Shown piece by piece: positions 28,844 through 37,821 of a stretch of DNA of 64,000 nt. Position numbers and translations under genes: made by a program. The first letter of the stretch is position 1. Each line of letters starts with the position of its first letter. The notes below the pieces were generated by a model. The model was not told the DNA's origin. It did not search any database and saw only the letters and a program-made list of their open reading frames with translations. The DNA comes from an uncultured Candidatus Saccharimonadales bacterium (GTDB taxonomy: Bacteria > Patescibacteriota > Saccharimonadia > UBA4664), in the NCBI GenBank assembly GCA_964609585.1, contig CAZSRA010000006.1, positions 3,184-67,183 on the forward strand. The letters run 5' to 3'.

Positions 28844-30088
28844 ATGAGCCTCATGGCTGGCATTGCGGTTCGAACGGTACAGCACGACCCGGAAGCTCGG
28901 CTCCACCTGGGCGGGTTCGCTGGGCGCGAGCCTTCCACCGGTGTACTAGAGTACCCGCAGATTCGAGTGCTCTACCTCGCAGACGATGAAAACTCGCTGC
29001 GAGTCGTCCTGGTGAGTGCCGACTACTGCAACTTCGACACCAACTTCGTGGACGGCGTTCGAGCACAGCTCGAGAAGGCGGACATTCAGTCGGTCATCGC
29101 CTGCACCCATAACCACTGCGGTCCGGCGGCGTATCATGCCGAGAAGGATTTCACGGGAGCCGTCGACGAGCTGTATCTGGCCTATGTGAAGAGCCAGATA
29201 CTGGAGGCGGTCTATGAAGCCGCGGAAGCGACTACACCAGTAGATTCGATCGCTGTCCGTCGCGGCCAAGCCCAGGGCGACCTGCTCATGAATCGAACCA
29301 CTACTGGAGAGAAGGTGATAGACGGAGCGCTCACGCCGTGGATGTACAAGCGATGGGAGCCGGACATGCCGGCTCGAGCTTTCACCGAGCTCGACCTGGA
29401 GTTGGCGACACTGGAGGTATACCTCCGCGATGGGCGGAAGATCGTCCTGATAAATTTCGCTTGTCACCCCATCACGTTGGGTGCAAGTACTGTCGCGGCT
29501 CGAGATTTCGTCGGTCCGATGCTACGGGGCGTAGAGTGTGGCGACCCCAACTGTACCGCCCTGTTCTTCAACGGCGCGGCGGGGGACGTTAATCCCGCTA
29601 TGCACGATTATGGCCCGGAGGCGGCTGAGCACTTCGGAAATTTGCTGGCTACTCAGATCGTCTCAGTCCTGGAGGGCCCAGGCCGTAGATGCGACCAGGC
29701 CCTTAAGTTCGGTGAAGACGCGGCCGTGATCGACTACACGAACGGCACACAGCACCGAGCTCGGATGTCGTGCCTGCGGATCGGCGACCTGTCACTGATC
29801 ACTGTTCCGGGCGAGCTCTACAACTCGTTCGGCTTGGAGATTAAGAGGATGGGCGACAATCCCGATTTCGCTCCGATCGTTCTGGGGTATGCCAACGGCT
29901 CAACCGGCTACATCCCCAGCCAGGAATTTCTCGAGAATCCCAAGAGGTACCAATTCGACACGGGAGTGGCGAGCTATTACGGACACTTGTTGTTCTCGCC
30001 AGGCCACGGAAATCCGCATGGTATCCCCTACTCCGATATCGGGCGGCGGATCGTCACGACGGCAGTACGGCTACTCGCCTTGTGGTGA
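28844..30088 (+). CDS. Neutral/alkaline ceramidase-like amidohydrolase
   Basis: CTHNHCGP, NR, INFACHP, FFNGAAGDVNP, VPGE, GYANG..GYIP. Confidence 0.8.
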   Translation: MSLMAGIAVRTVQHDPEARLHLGGFAGREPSTGVLEYPQIRVLYLADDENSLRVVLVSADYCNFDTNFVDGVRAQLEKADIQSVIACTHNHCGPAAYHAEKDFTGAVDELYLAYVKSQILEAVYEAAEATTPVDSIAVRRGQAQGDLLMNRTTTGEKVIDGALTPWMYKRWEPDMPARAFTELDLELATLEVYLRDGRKIVLINFACHPITLGASTVAARDFVGPMLRGVECGDPNCTALFFNGAAGDVNPAMHDYGPEAAEHFGNLLATQIVSVLEGPGRRCDQALKFGEDAAVIDYTNGTQHRARMSCLRIGDLSLITVPGELYNSFGLEIKRMGDNPDFAPIVLGYANGSTGYIPSQEFLENPKRYQFDTGVASYYGHLLFSPGHGNPHGIPYSDIGRRIVTTAVRLLALW

Positions 30089-30116
30089 CCCGACTCCATC
30101 GAAGGATGGGGTCTGA

Positions 30117-30148
30117 ATGGGCCCGGGAGATACATCTCCCGGGCCCAT
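30117..30148. repeat. Perfect 15-bp inverted repeat (hairpin)
   Basis: ATGGGCCCGGGAGAT-AC-ATCTCCCGGGCCCAT; preceded by a smaller hairpin GACTCCATC-GAAG-GATGGGGTC. Confidence 0.85.
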
Positions 30149-30216
30149 AGTAATAGTATTGTCTAGTGAATATCTCAAGATAGAACTTATCATAATTTTC
30201 CCGTAATATTAGCTTT

Positions 30217-31161
30217 ATGTATAAACATCTAAAAATAGCGGTAGTTATACCGGCCTACAATGAAGAAAAGCTCATTGCCAGGACGATTCATGAGCTACCC
30301 GACTTTCTTGACTATGTAATTGCTATAAATGATGGAAGTAAAGACAAAACGCTCGAAGTCTTAAACAAACTGAAAACGACTGAAAAGAAACTAGTTGTGC
30401 TTGATAATGATGTGAATCATGGCATTGGATACTCGATCGTGCGTGGATTCCAGTATGCTCTGAAGGAGACGGATGCAATGGCCATTGGTATCACGGCCGC
30501 CGATTCGCAATGTGATCCCAATTATATGCAGCCGATGCTGGATGAGTTTATTGAAAATGGTTACGATTATATAAAGGCTAACCGCTTCTTCCATCTAGAG
30601 GCGCTGAAAGCCATGCCAACATATCGAAAGATTGGAAATATTTTTATATCACTTTTGACGAAGTTTTCGACGGGCTACTACACTATCTCGGACACTCAGA
30701 ATGGTTTTGGTTTTTTGAGCAGAAGGGCGCTGAGTAAGGTTAATTACGACTTTGTGGCAGACCGATACGATTATGAAAATACTATGCTAGTAGCACTTTC
30801 GATCATTGGGGCTCGTATCAAAGACCATCCGGTGCCGGCAATTTATGGTGATGAGACTTCGACTATTAAATTTTGGCCAACAGCCATGAGGGCGTTGCGG
30901 GCGGTGTGGATTGGCTTTTGGCGGCGAATTTTTTATAAGTACGTTTTGTATAGCTTTCACCCCATTGCTTTATTCCTTTTTAGTGGCTTATTGCTGTCTT
31001 TGGCCGGTTTTCTGTATGGTCTATGGCTCATATTCGAACGGCTTGCCTTTGGCTTATCACCCACAAGTGGTACTGCTATGATTGCCATCTTGCCCATAAT
31101 CCTTGGCTTTCAACTACTGCTTACGTCGCTAGCTATGGATGTGGCCAATGAAGGGAAATAG
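30217..31161 (+). CDS. GT2 polyprenyl-phosphate glycosyltransferase (DPM1/ArnC-like)
   Basis: VIPAYNEE, NDGSKD, AADSQ, NRF, R.IGN, DTQNG, two C-terminal TM helices. Confidence 0.9.
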   Translation: MYKHLKIAVVIPAYNEEKLIARTIHELPDFLDYVIAINDGSKDKTLEVLNKLKTTEKKLVVLDNDVNHGIGYSIVRGFQYALKETDAMAIGITAADSQCDPNYMQPMLDEFIENGYDYIKANRFFHLEALKAMPTYRKIGNIFISLLTKFSTGYYTISDTQNGFGFLSRRALSKVNYDFVADRYDYENTMLVALSIIGARIKDHPVPAIYGDETSTIKFWPTAMRALRAVWIGFWRRIFYKYVLYSFHPIALFLFSGLLLSLAGFLYGLWLIFERLAFGLSPTSGTAMIAILPIILGFQLLLTSLAMDVANEGK

Positions 31162-31536
31162 ATGTTTCTAATTGCCTTGTGGGTGATCGCCTACGATATT
31201 GTTGTGGCAGCTTCGATTATGCTTTTGGGTAAGCCAAGTACCGTCTTAGGACAATTAACCCTCCAGTCCCTGGCCATGCTGCTTTTGGACTGGCGGTTTT
31301 TGCTTGGCGGAGTGCTAGCGGTAGTGGCGCGGTTTGTGTTTGTAATTATTAATAATTTAGCATCTAAGCAGCCAAGTTTGGCTTCAGCTCATTTAAGCCT
31401 GACAGCGATTGCATCCGTAAGCAGTATTGTGGTGGTAATCTTGGCAAACCATTTTCTGCTGGGCGATCAGTTGCATGGGATTCAGCTCGTGGGCACGGCA
31501 ATTGTAATTCTTGGTCTAATTCTGATCTTTCGGTAG
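31162..31536 (+). CDS. Small 4-TM SMR/EamA-like protein, putative lipid-linked sugar flippase (ArnE/F-like)
   Basis: 124 aa, 4 TM, C-terminal LLGDQL....VG...VILG; translationally coupled to the GT2. Confidence 0.6.
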   Translation: MFLIALWVIAYDIVVAASIMLLGKPSTVLGQLTLQSLAMLLLDWRFLLGGVLAVVARFVFVIINNLASKQPSLASAHLSLTAIASVSSIVVVILANHFLLGDQLHGIQLVGTAIVILGLILIFR

Positions 31537-31538
31537 AT

Positions 31539-32180
31539 CTAGAGAAAGTCTTTGACCTCGCTGATTCCAGCGAGAAGATGATCGGGCTGAAGTGCTGCTA
31601 GAAATTGCTTGTCGCGAAGGCCCGACCAGACAGCGAACGTTTGCAGGCCCAGTTTTTTACCAGCGAGAATGTCAGCTTCTGTGTCACCGATTATGGCGCC
31701 TTTGTTTTTGCCTAAGGCCGATTCGATGAGGGCAATCTTGACATCGGAGCCATCGGTCTCGGAGTGCCCCGTGAGAGCTTCTTCAAAATGCGAGCTAAGA
31801 CTGAGCCAGTTTAGTTGCTCGAGGAGCGCTTCGCGGTTGCGGCGTAGGCTCACGAGATAGCATTGATGTTTTTGAGAAAGCGAATCAAGGGTCGAAAGGG
31901 CTCCGGGAAAGAGCTTATCGATTTTTAAATATTCAGGGGCTTCGATTTTGCCAATGAAGCTATTTAGGAATGTTTCGAGCTGATTAACGGGTACATTGCT
32001 AGCTTGCAATAGTTCTGGCCATTTTGTTTTCTTGCGCTTTAGATCCCAGTACTCGGCTTGTGCGAGCGGTTGGCCCGAATATGATCGAATGAGCTCTTCG
32101 TAGACTCGGTAGTGCCTCGGCTCCACATCGATAAGGGTTCCATCAAGATCGCAGAAGATCTTTAATTCGTCTTGTGCCAT
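31539..32180 (-). CDS. HAD-family phosphatase
   Basis: DLDGTL motif I, K motif III, IGDTEAD motif IV. Confidence 0.9.
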   Translation of the reverse strand: MAQDELKIFCDLDGTLIDVEPRHYRVYEELIRSYSGQPLAQAEYWDLKRKKTKWPELLQASNVPVNQLETFLNSFIGKIEAPEYLKIDKLFPGALSTLDSLSQKHQCYLVSLRRNREALLEQLNWLSLSSHFEEALTGHSETDGSDVKIALIESALGKNKGAIIGDTEADILAGKKLGLQTFAVWSGLRDKQFLAALQPDHLLAGISEVKDFL

Positions 32181-33058
32181 TGGATTTGCTCTTCAATTAG
32201 ATCTGGAAATTTGTGTTTAGCCGTAAACCCGAGCAAGTCTTGGGCTCGCCGTACATCCAATACAATGTTGGAAGCCTTTTTCACTCTCGGCAAAACCTTC
32301 ATGGTCAATTTGGGATCGATGGCTTTGACGATAGCGGCGGCCGTTTCTTTGATAGAAATTCCAGCACCTGTGCCAATATTGAACACCCCATTCACTGGTT
32401 TTGTGGCAGCTAGATATGTGGCCTCGGCAGCATCACTCACGTGAAGATAGTCTCGCAGCTCCTCGCCGCCAAAGATTTCCAAACCCTCCCCTTTTAGGGC
32501 TTTATTGATGAAATTGGGGATGGCTCGATTAATCCGATCGCCAGGCCCATAAAGGACAGTAAAGCGCAGAATTGGGATAGGAAGATTGTGATGCCTGGCA
32601 AATACGCCACAAAATAGCTCTCCCGCCAACTTAGAGGCGCCGTAATTGGATAGTGGCACCGCCTGGGTTGATTCACTTATGAGGCCCTCGGCGTCGGGCA
32701 ACCCATACACTTCGGCCGTACTGGCGTAAACGAAGCTTTGGATCTGATCGCCAAAAACCTCTAAGAGATTGCACGTGCCCGTGACATTTACTTCGCTCAT
32801 AGGAACGGCCTGATCTTCGCTTTTAGTTCTAGGAACGAGCGCGGCCAGATGGATGATCGCGTCAATATCCGGATGAGCGTTCCGACAAGCAACGAGGGCA
32901 CTTTTATCCGTAATATCGGCCCTAAAGAAGGTTGAATTTTGAGCGGACTTGTCTGGTTTGGTTCGACCAACTAGCACACAATGGTGACCATCAGCAACAA
33001 GCCGTTCTACAAGGTAATGACCGAAGAACCCATTACTGCCAGTAATGAGGTATTTCAC
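32162..33058 (-). CDS. NAD-dependent epimerase/dehydratase
   Basis: TGSNGFFG, HLAA, ST.EVYG, YGASK, YGP, RDYLHV.D. Confidence 0.93.
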   Translation of the reverse strand: MKYLITGSNGFFGHYLVERLVADGHHCVLVGRTKPDKSAQNSTFFRADITDKSALVACRNAHPDIDAIIHLAALVPRTKSEDQAVPMSEVNVTGTCNLLEVFGDQIQSFVYASTAEVYGLPDAEGLISESTQAVPLSNYGASKLAGELFCGVFARHHNLPIPILRFTVLYGPGDRINRAIPNFINKALKGEGLEIFGGEELRDYLHVSDAAEATYLAATKPVNGVFNIGTGAGISIKETAAAIVKAIDPKLTMKVLPRVKKASNIVLDVRRAQDLLGFTAKHKFPDLIEEQIQWHKTN

Positions 33059-34131
33059 GCTTTGAGGGCTTTTTTGAGTTGCTCGAGCTTGCTGACTTCG
33101 GCATCAATATCGCCCATCGAAGCGAGGACGGGCTCGAAGTCCATTCCGCGAATCCAAACCATGTGGTCTTTGGCGGGATTGAGCTTTTTGGCGATTTCTG
33201 GGAGCTTTTCGCCATAAGCTAGCTTGGTGAAGATATATGGCATATTGAGGCCAAGTTCAGTAAAGAATTGGTGTGTCGTGAAGAAGCGACCGATGTTGAT
33301 TTCGGTAGGGTTGGGCGTGCCGTTTTGATCGTAAGCCAGGTCGACACCAAAGAGGCCTTCGGGCTTATTATCGATGGCAAGTACAGTGCGCCTGGCGATG
33401 TCGTCGAGAATGGGGTCGCTGACGGTTTCCCCACCACCTGTGGCACCTGTGACGCCCGAAGGTGAGATCTTGCCAAGCTCCCAATACAGGCGACGACGGC
33501 CCTGGGCTACTACCAGCTCACCGTTGTGCCAAATGGACATCCAGGTGGTTGTGTCGTCGCGTAGAAGTTCGGCGGCGCTGAAGTTGCCATCCCAGCCTTT
33601 TTGGAAGTCAAGCCAATTAATGGCAGTTTGGACGTCCGAGACAGGCAGCGAACCGCGGCCACCTGCACCGGAGATGGCACGGATCCACATTTTGCCACCA
33701 AATTCTTTGAGGGCTTCTTCGACATCGGTTTTCGTGCGAATAATGATGGTCTTGGGAACTTTGATGCCAGCGGCTTGCCATTTTTCGAAAGACAAGAACT
33801 TGTCCTGACAGATACGAACGGTTTCTTTCGCCGGGAATAAGGTTTTGGCGTTAATTTTCTCGCGGTTCTCGGATAAAAAGTTTACTTCGGTATCATTTTG
33901 AGCATGAACAAATTCGATGTTTTCTTTTTCGATGATGTGGTTGAGGACATCAATGAATTGAGGGTCACTGGCAGACGGCACCAAATAACGAGCATCGACT
34001 TCGGCGCGCTGGAGGTAGTATTTGTTGGCATCGGTGCCAACGAGATAAATGTCTTCGGGCGCTTCTCGGAGCGAGCGAGTAAAGTTAGCTGCTGGGGAGC
34101 CGCCGGCACCGGTGACTAGTATGCGTTTCAT
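33055..34131 (-). CDS. ATP-grasp (carboxylate-amine ligase) protein
   Basis: ILVTGAGG, CQDK, GI.VP, GAGGRG, GVD, EINIGRF. Confidence 0.85.
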   Translation of the reverse strand: MKRILVTGAGGSPAANFTRSLREAPEDIYLVGTDANKYYLQRAEVDARYLVPSASDPQFIDVLNHIIEKENIEFVHAQNDTEVNFLSENREKINAKTLFPAKETVRICQDKFLSFEKWQAAGIKVPKTIIIRTKTDVEEALKEFGGKMWIRAISGAGGRGSLPVSDVQTAINWLDFQKGWDGNFSAAELLRDDTTTWMSIWHNGELVVAQGRRRLYWELGKISPSGVTGATGGGETVSDPILDDIARRTVLAIDNKPEGLFGVDLAYDQNGTPNPTEINIGRFFTTHQFFTELGLNMPYIFTKLAYGEKLPEIAKKLNPAKDHMVWIRGMDFEPVLASMGDIDAEVSKLEQLKKALKA

Positions 34132-34146
34132 TCGTGTTAACTCCTC

Positions 34147-35148
34147 TTACTTATCATTATTATCACGACCAGCCGCCTCAAGGGCGACACGGAGAGCTTG
34201 TCGTGCGTCCTGAGGGCTTACAAGTTTATTTTTTACTTCCTGACGAATGGTTTTTAAGAATGTACCAAGCTCCAATGCGAGAGGCTCTTCAAAATCGACC
34301 TGGATATTTTCACGTATGGGCTCCCCTAACGCACTCACGAACGAGCTAAATTCGCTACCCGGCCTGCTGCTAGCGCTCATATTATGCTGGTAATACGTGA
34401 GCTCTTGAGTAATATAATTACCCTCAACATAGCCGTTTGATCCTGTGACTGCAATGGTACGAACTTTTACGGGTGTGACCCAATTAGCCTGGATGAACCC
34501 GGAAGCGGCACCGTAATCAAGGAACAGTTCAGCCGCATCGAATTCTCTTGAGTGCAACGTTCTAGAGCCGTGGCTATGGACACCAAGGGGGTGCCTACTA
34601 AGCAAGAAGCTTATGATCTCGATATCGTGGACGGCGAGGTCAACAATGACATCTGTTTTCGGCTCAACAGCCGGAAAACCCCCTACTCGTTTTGAAACAA
34701 TGGAAGTAATCTCGCCTAATTTTTCGTTGTCGATGAGCTCTTTGAGCTTACGGACGACAGGATTGTAACGCTCAATATGGCCTACAGTGAAAACCACTCC
34801 CCGACTCTCGGCTGCGTTAATGAGTTGATCGGCTTCATGAACCGTAGAAGCGATGGGTTTTTCGATGAGGCAGTGAATTCCGCGAGACATGACTTCAATG
34901 CCAACTTGAGCATGGAAGGGCGTGGGAACCACTACCGAAACGGCCTCGGGCTTTACTTCGTCGAGCATCTTGATGTAGTCGGAGTAATACTTGGCGCCGT
35001 GCTCGTCGGCCAATGAGCGAGTGGCGGGATTCATATCGACCATGGCCACAAGCTCACTATCGGGCATGGCAGCGTAGTTGCGCACATGGTGACGGCCCAT
35101 ATTGCCGGCGCCAATGACCGCGACGCGCAAAGGCTTTTTGCTAACCAC
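34147..35148 (-). CDS. Gfo/Idh/MocA NDP-sugar oxidoreductase (WbpB-like)
   Basis: VIGAGNMG, EKP, GHIERYNP, DLAVHD, W.TP.KVR. Confidence 0.9.
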   Translation of the reverse strand: MVSKKPLRVAVIGAGNMGRHHVRNYAAMPDSELVAMVDMNPATRSLADEHGAKYYSDYIKMLDEVKPEAVSVVVPTPFHAQVGIEVMSRGIHCLIEKPIASTVHEADQLINAAESRGVVFTVGHIERYNPVVRKLKELIDNEKLGEITSIVSKRVGGFPAVEPKTDVIVDLAVHDIEIISFLLSRHPLGVHSHGSRTLHSREFDAAELFLDYGAASGFIQANWVTPVKVRTIAVTGSNGYVEGNYITQELTYYQHNMSASSRPGSEFSSFVSALGEPIRENIQVDFEEPLALELGTFLKTIRQEVKNKLVSPQDARQALRVALEAAGRDNNDK

Positions 35149-36241
35149 GGGCCAACTCCTTGATTGCGGCGATGATAGTCTGGACGTCTTCGGCCGATAC
35201 CCGCGGGTGAACGGGGAGAGAGACGACTTCGCTGGCGACGGTCTCGGCGACTGGGAAGTCGCCTAATTTGTAACCAAATTTTTGAATATGTGGAAATTCA
35301 TGCAGGGCTTTCGGGTAGTATACGCCAGCGATGATCCCCTTTTCTTTGAGCCCCGCGACAAAGCTAGCGCGGTCGAGCGGAAAATCTTTGGTGAGGCGAA
35401 TCGTGTATTGATGATAGGTGTGGGTACGATTGGGGGCCGTTTCGGGAAGAACGAGACCTTTGACACCACCAAGACCAGCCGAAAGCGCCCTGGCGGTAGT
35501 TTGGCGAGCTTTTGTAAATTGGTCTAATTTTTTAACTTGCTCTACGGCAATAGCGGCATGAAGATCGCTCAGGCGGTAGTTGTAGCCAAGATCGACATAG
35601 TCGTATTGAGCAGTCATGCCGTGCTGGCGGAATTGCTTAATAGCCGTAACGTAGGCTTCATTGTTGGTGGTGATAATCCCGCCTTCGCCGCTCATGATGT
35701 TTTTGGTAGCGTAGAGCGAGAAACAGCCAAGGTCGCCGAGTGCGCCAGTGCTTTGGTCGCGATAGGTTGCGCCGACAGCCTGGCAGGCGTCTTCAATGAC
35801 CCTGAGATTGTGTTTTTCTGCTATGGCATTGATTTCCGACATATCGGCAGGTTGGCCATAGAGATGAACCGGAATGATAGCCTTGGTTTTTGAGGTGATG
35901 GCCTTTTCGAGAAGCGTGGGATCGAGATTGAATGTAATGGGGTCGATGTCTACGAGGACCGGCTTCGCGCCCACCATGAGGATTGGATTAATAGTGGCTA
36001 TAAAGCTAAATGGCACCGTAATGACCTCGTCGTCCGGGCCGACGCCGGCTGCATGGAGGGCGGCATGGAGGGCGGCCGTGCCGCTATTTACGGCGACAGC
36101 GTATTTTGTGCCACAGACTTTAGCGAAGTCAGCCTCAAGACGAGCCACCATCGGACCCTGCGCGAGTAAACCAGAAGCAAGAACTTCATTGACGGCATCA
36201 ATTTCCTCACGCTCAATAATGGGCGCAGCAATACTAATCAC
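35141..36241 (-). CDS. DegT/DnrJ/EryC1/StrS NDP-sugar aminotransferase (WbpE-like)
   Basis: NSGTAAL, PVHLYGQ, EDACQA, SLYATKN (PLP Lys), GEGG, GYNYRL, SLP. Confidence 0.95.
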   Translation of the reverse strand: MISIAAPIIEREEIDAVNEVLASGLLAQGPMVARLEADFAKVCGTKYAVAVNSGTAALHAALHAAGVGPDDEVITVPFSFIATINPILMVGAKPVLVDIDPITFNLDPTLLEKAITSKTKAIIPVHLYGQPADMSEINAIAEKHNLRVIEDACQAVGATYRDQSTGALGDLGCFSLYATKNIMSGEGGIITTNNEAYVTAIKQFRQHGMTAQYDYVDLGYNYRLSDLHAAIAVEQVKKLDQFTKARQTTARALSAGLGGVKGLVLPETAPNRTHTYHQYTIRLTKDFPLDRASFVAGLKEKGIIAGVYYPKALHEFPHIQKFGYKLGDFPVAETVASEVVSLPVHPRVSAEDVQTIIAAIKELARG

Positions 36242-36298
36242 ACTTCCACCTATTGATTTAACCAGTACAGCATATCAGATGGTTAAGCCTTTTCTCAA

Positions 36299-37762
36299 TT
36301 AGCTAATGCCTAGGAGTGGGATACGAGCATCAATATAATATCGGAAATAAATGCACAGGGTAGTGAATACAAGCATCGCAGTATATGAACCCAGAATGAA
36401 GCGGTAGAACGCGGTCGGCTCGATTTTGAGCAGGGGTTTGCGTGTTAGAGAAATTGGAACGAGCAACGCGGAAATAGCCAAAAGGTATCGTCCTTGCATG
36501 CCGTAGACCATCCCCCAGCCTACTGGCGTATAAGTAAGGTATAGTGTCGTGAGCACCAAAATGACACTCCCTAGGGCCAAGGCCCCAACAAAGGTCTTTT
36601 TCCACCGTAGGACTTTTTGAGTTTCCCGGTCATAACTTTTTTCCGAAAGCAGAGTAATGGCTATCAGTATTACCACCCAAAAAGTAACCCATAGAGGAAG
36701 TGGCGTGTCGTAAGACCCTAGCATACCGACGGCGGACTGCAGGATGGGGTCGCCATTGGCGGCTATGAGGTTATCACCCATGAGCAAGGCATAACCCCAG
36801 GGATTGGACAAAATAACCTCCTGTTGTTTGACCTGCGAAACTATAACTGTCGGATCAGGAAAGTGAGTGACAGCATAGGTTGTGATTGGCCGCACCGCCA
36901 AGACCCAGCCGACAGCTACGGCGAAGCACAACGCAATGAGTGCACTTTTTTTAGTGAGCGCCGAACCAATCGAACCGAAGTTGCGGTTGGGTATGAGTAG
37001 GGCGAGAAGTGCGAGCAGAGCATAGGTGGGCTTAGCTAAGGCCAGTAGCGTGAGAATGCCACTATACAGGAGTAACTGGCGACGAGTAATTTTCTCTTTG
37101 ACCAGCCATAGCTTTAACGTGTAAGCGACAAGCAAAAAGGCTAATCCGTTTGTTGCCCCATCGGCAGAAATGACTGACGCCTGGAACAGCGAGACTGGAA
37201 CAAGCGCCAATGCCACCACCCCCCATTTGCCCCAGGGAGTTAGTCGAATAGCCCAATACACAAGTAAGATCCAAAAGGCAAGAGTGCCTATTCTGGCCAA
37301 ATAAATTAGCGTAATAGGTGATAGGTTCATGAGTTTACCCGGCTCAATGGCAAGCGCCGCACCAAGGTATGGGACCGGCGAATAAAGGGCCGAGCCGGTG
37401 AAATTGAATTCGGCACGATCACGAGGATGTAGCCTGAGCCGCAGAAGCTGCCAGGTTTCATCTGTTTTGTATTTAATATTATAGTTATGAAGAACTTCGT
37501 CGTTTGTTAGGACAATATTGGTTTTGATCATAGTGCGCGGGATCATCCCACCATAGGTACCATCCGAATTACGGAGCGCCATTACGTGGAAGTTTGAAAC
37601 TTGGTAAGCCCGGAAGAAATGAGCCCATTCGTCTGGGCCTTTCTGAGGTGGTACGAGAAGAATAAATAGTAATCCAAAAATACTGGCCAAAAGGACGAAC
37701 CAACTCTGAGGTTCCCATCGGGGAATGACTATCTGACGACGTTTCAAGTTAGTAAAAAACAA
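36299..37762 (-). CDS. DUF2142-like multi-TM protein (putative GT-C)
   Basis: PP..GPDE.AHF.RAY, YSPVPY, R, SAD, KP.Y, G.QGRY. Confidence 0.75.
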   Translation of the reverse strand: MFFTNLKRRQIVIPRWEPQSWFVLLASIFGLLFILLVPPQKGPDEWAHFFRAYQVSNFHVMALRNSDGTYGGMIPRTMIKTNIVLTNDEVLHNYNIKYKTDETWQLLRLRLHPRDRAEFNFTGSALYSPVPYLGAALAIEPGKLMNLSPITLIYLARIGTLAFWILLVYWAIRLTPWGKWGVVALALVPVSLFQASVISADGATNGLAFLLVAYTLKLWLVKEKITRRQLLLYSGILTLLALAKPTYALLALLALLIPNRNFGSIGSALTKKSALIALCFAVAVGWVLAVRPITTYAVTHFPDPTVIVSQVKQQEVILSNPWGYALLMGDNLIAANGDPILQSAVGMLGSYDTPLPLWVTFWVVILIAITLLSEKSYDRETQKVLRWKKTFVGALALGSVILVLTTLYLTYTPVGWGMVYGMQGRYLLAISALLVPISLTRKPLLKIEPTAFYRFILGSYTAMLVFTTLCIYFRYYIDARIPLLGIS

Positions 37763-37821
37763 CTCAACCTCATAACTTACTGATAGATATATTATGCACG
37801 TTTGTGTCTTATAATACTCGA

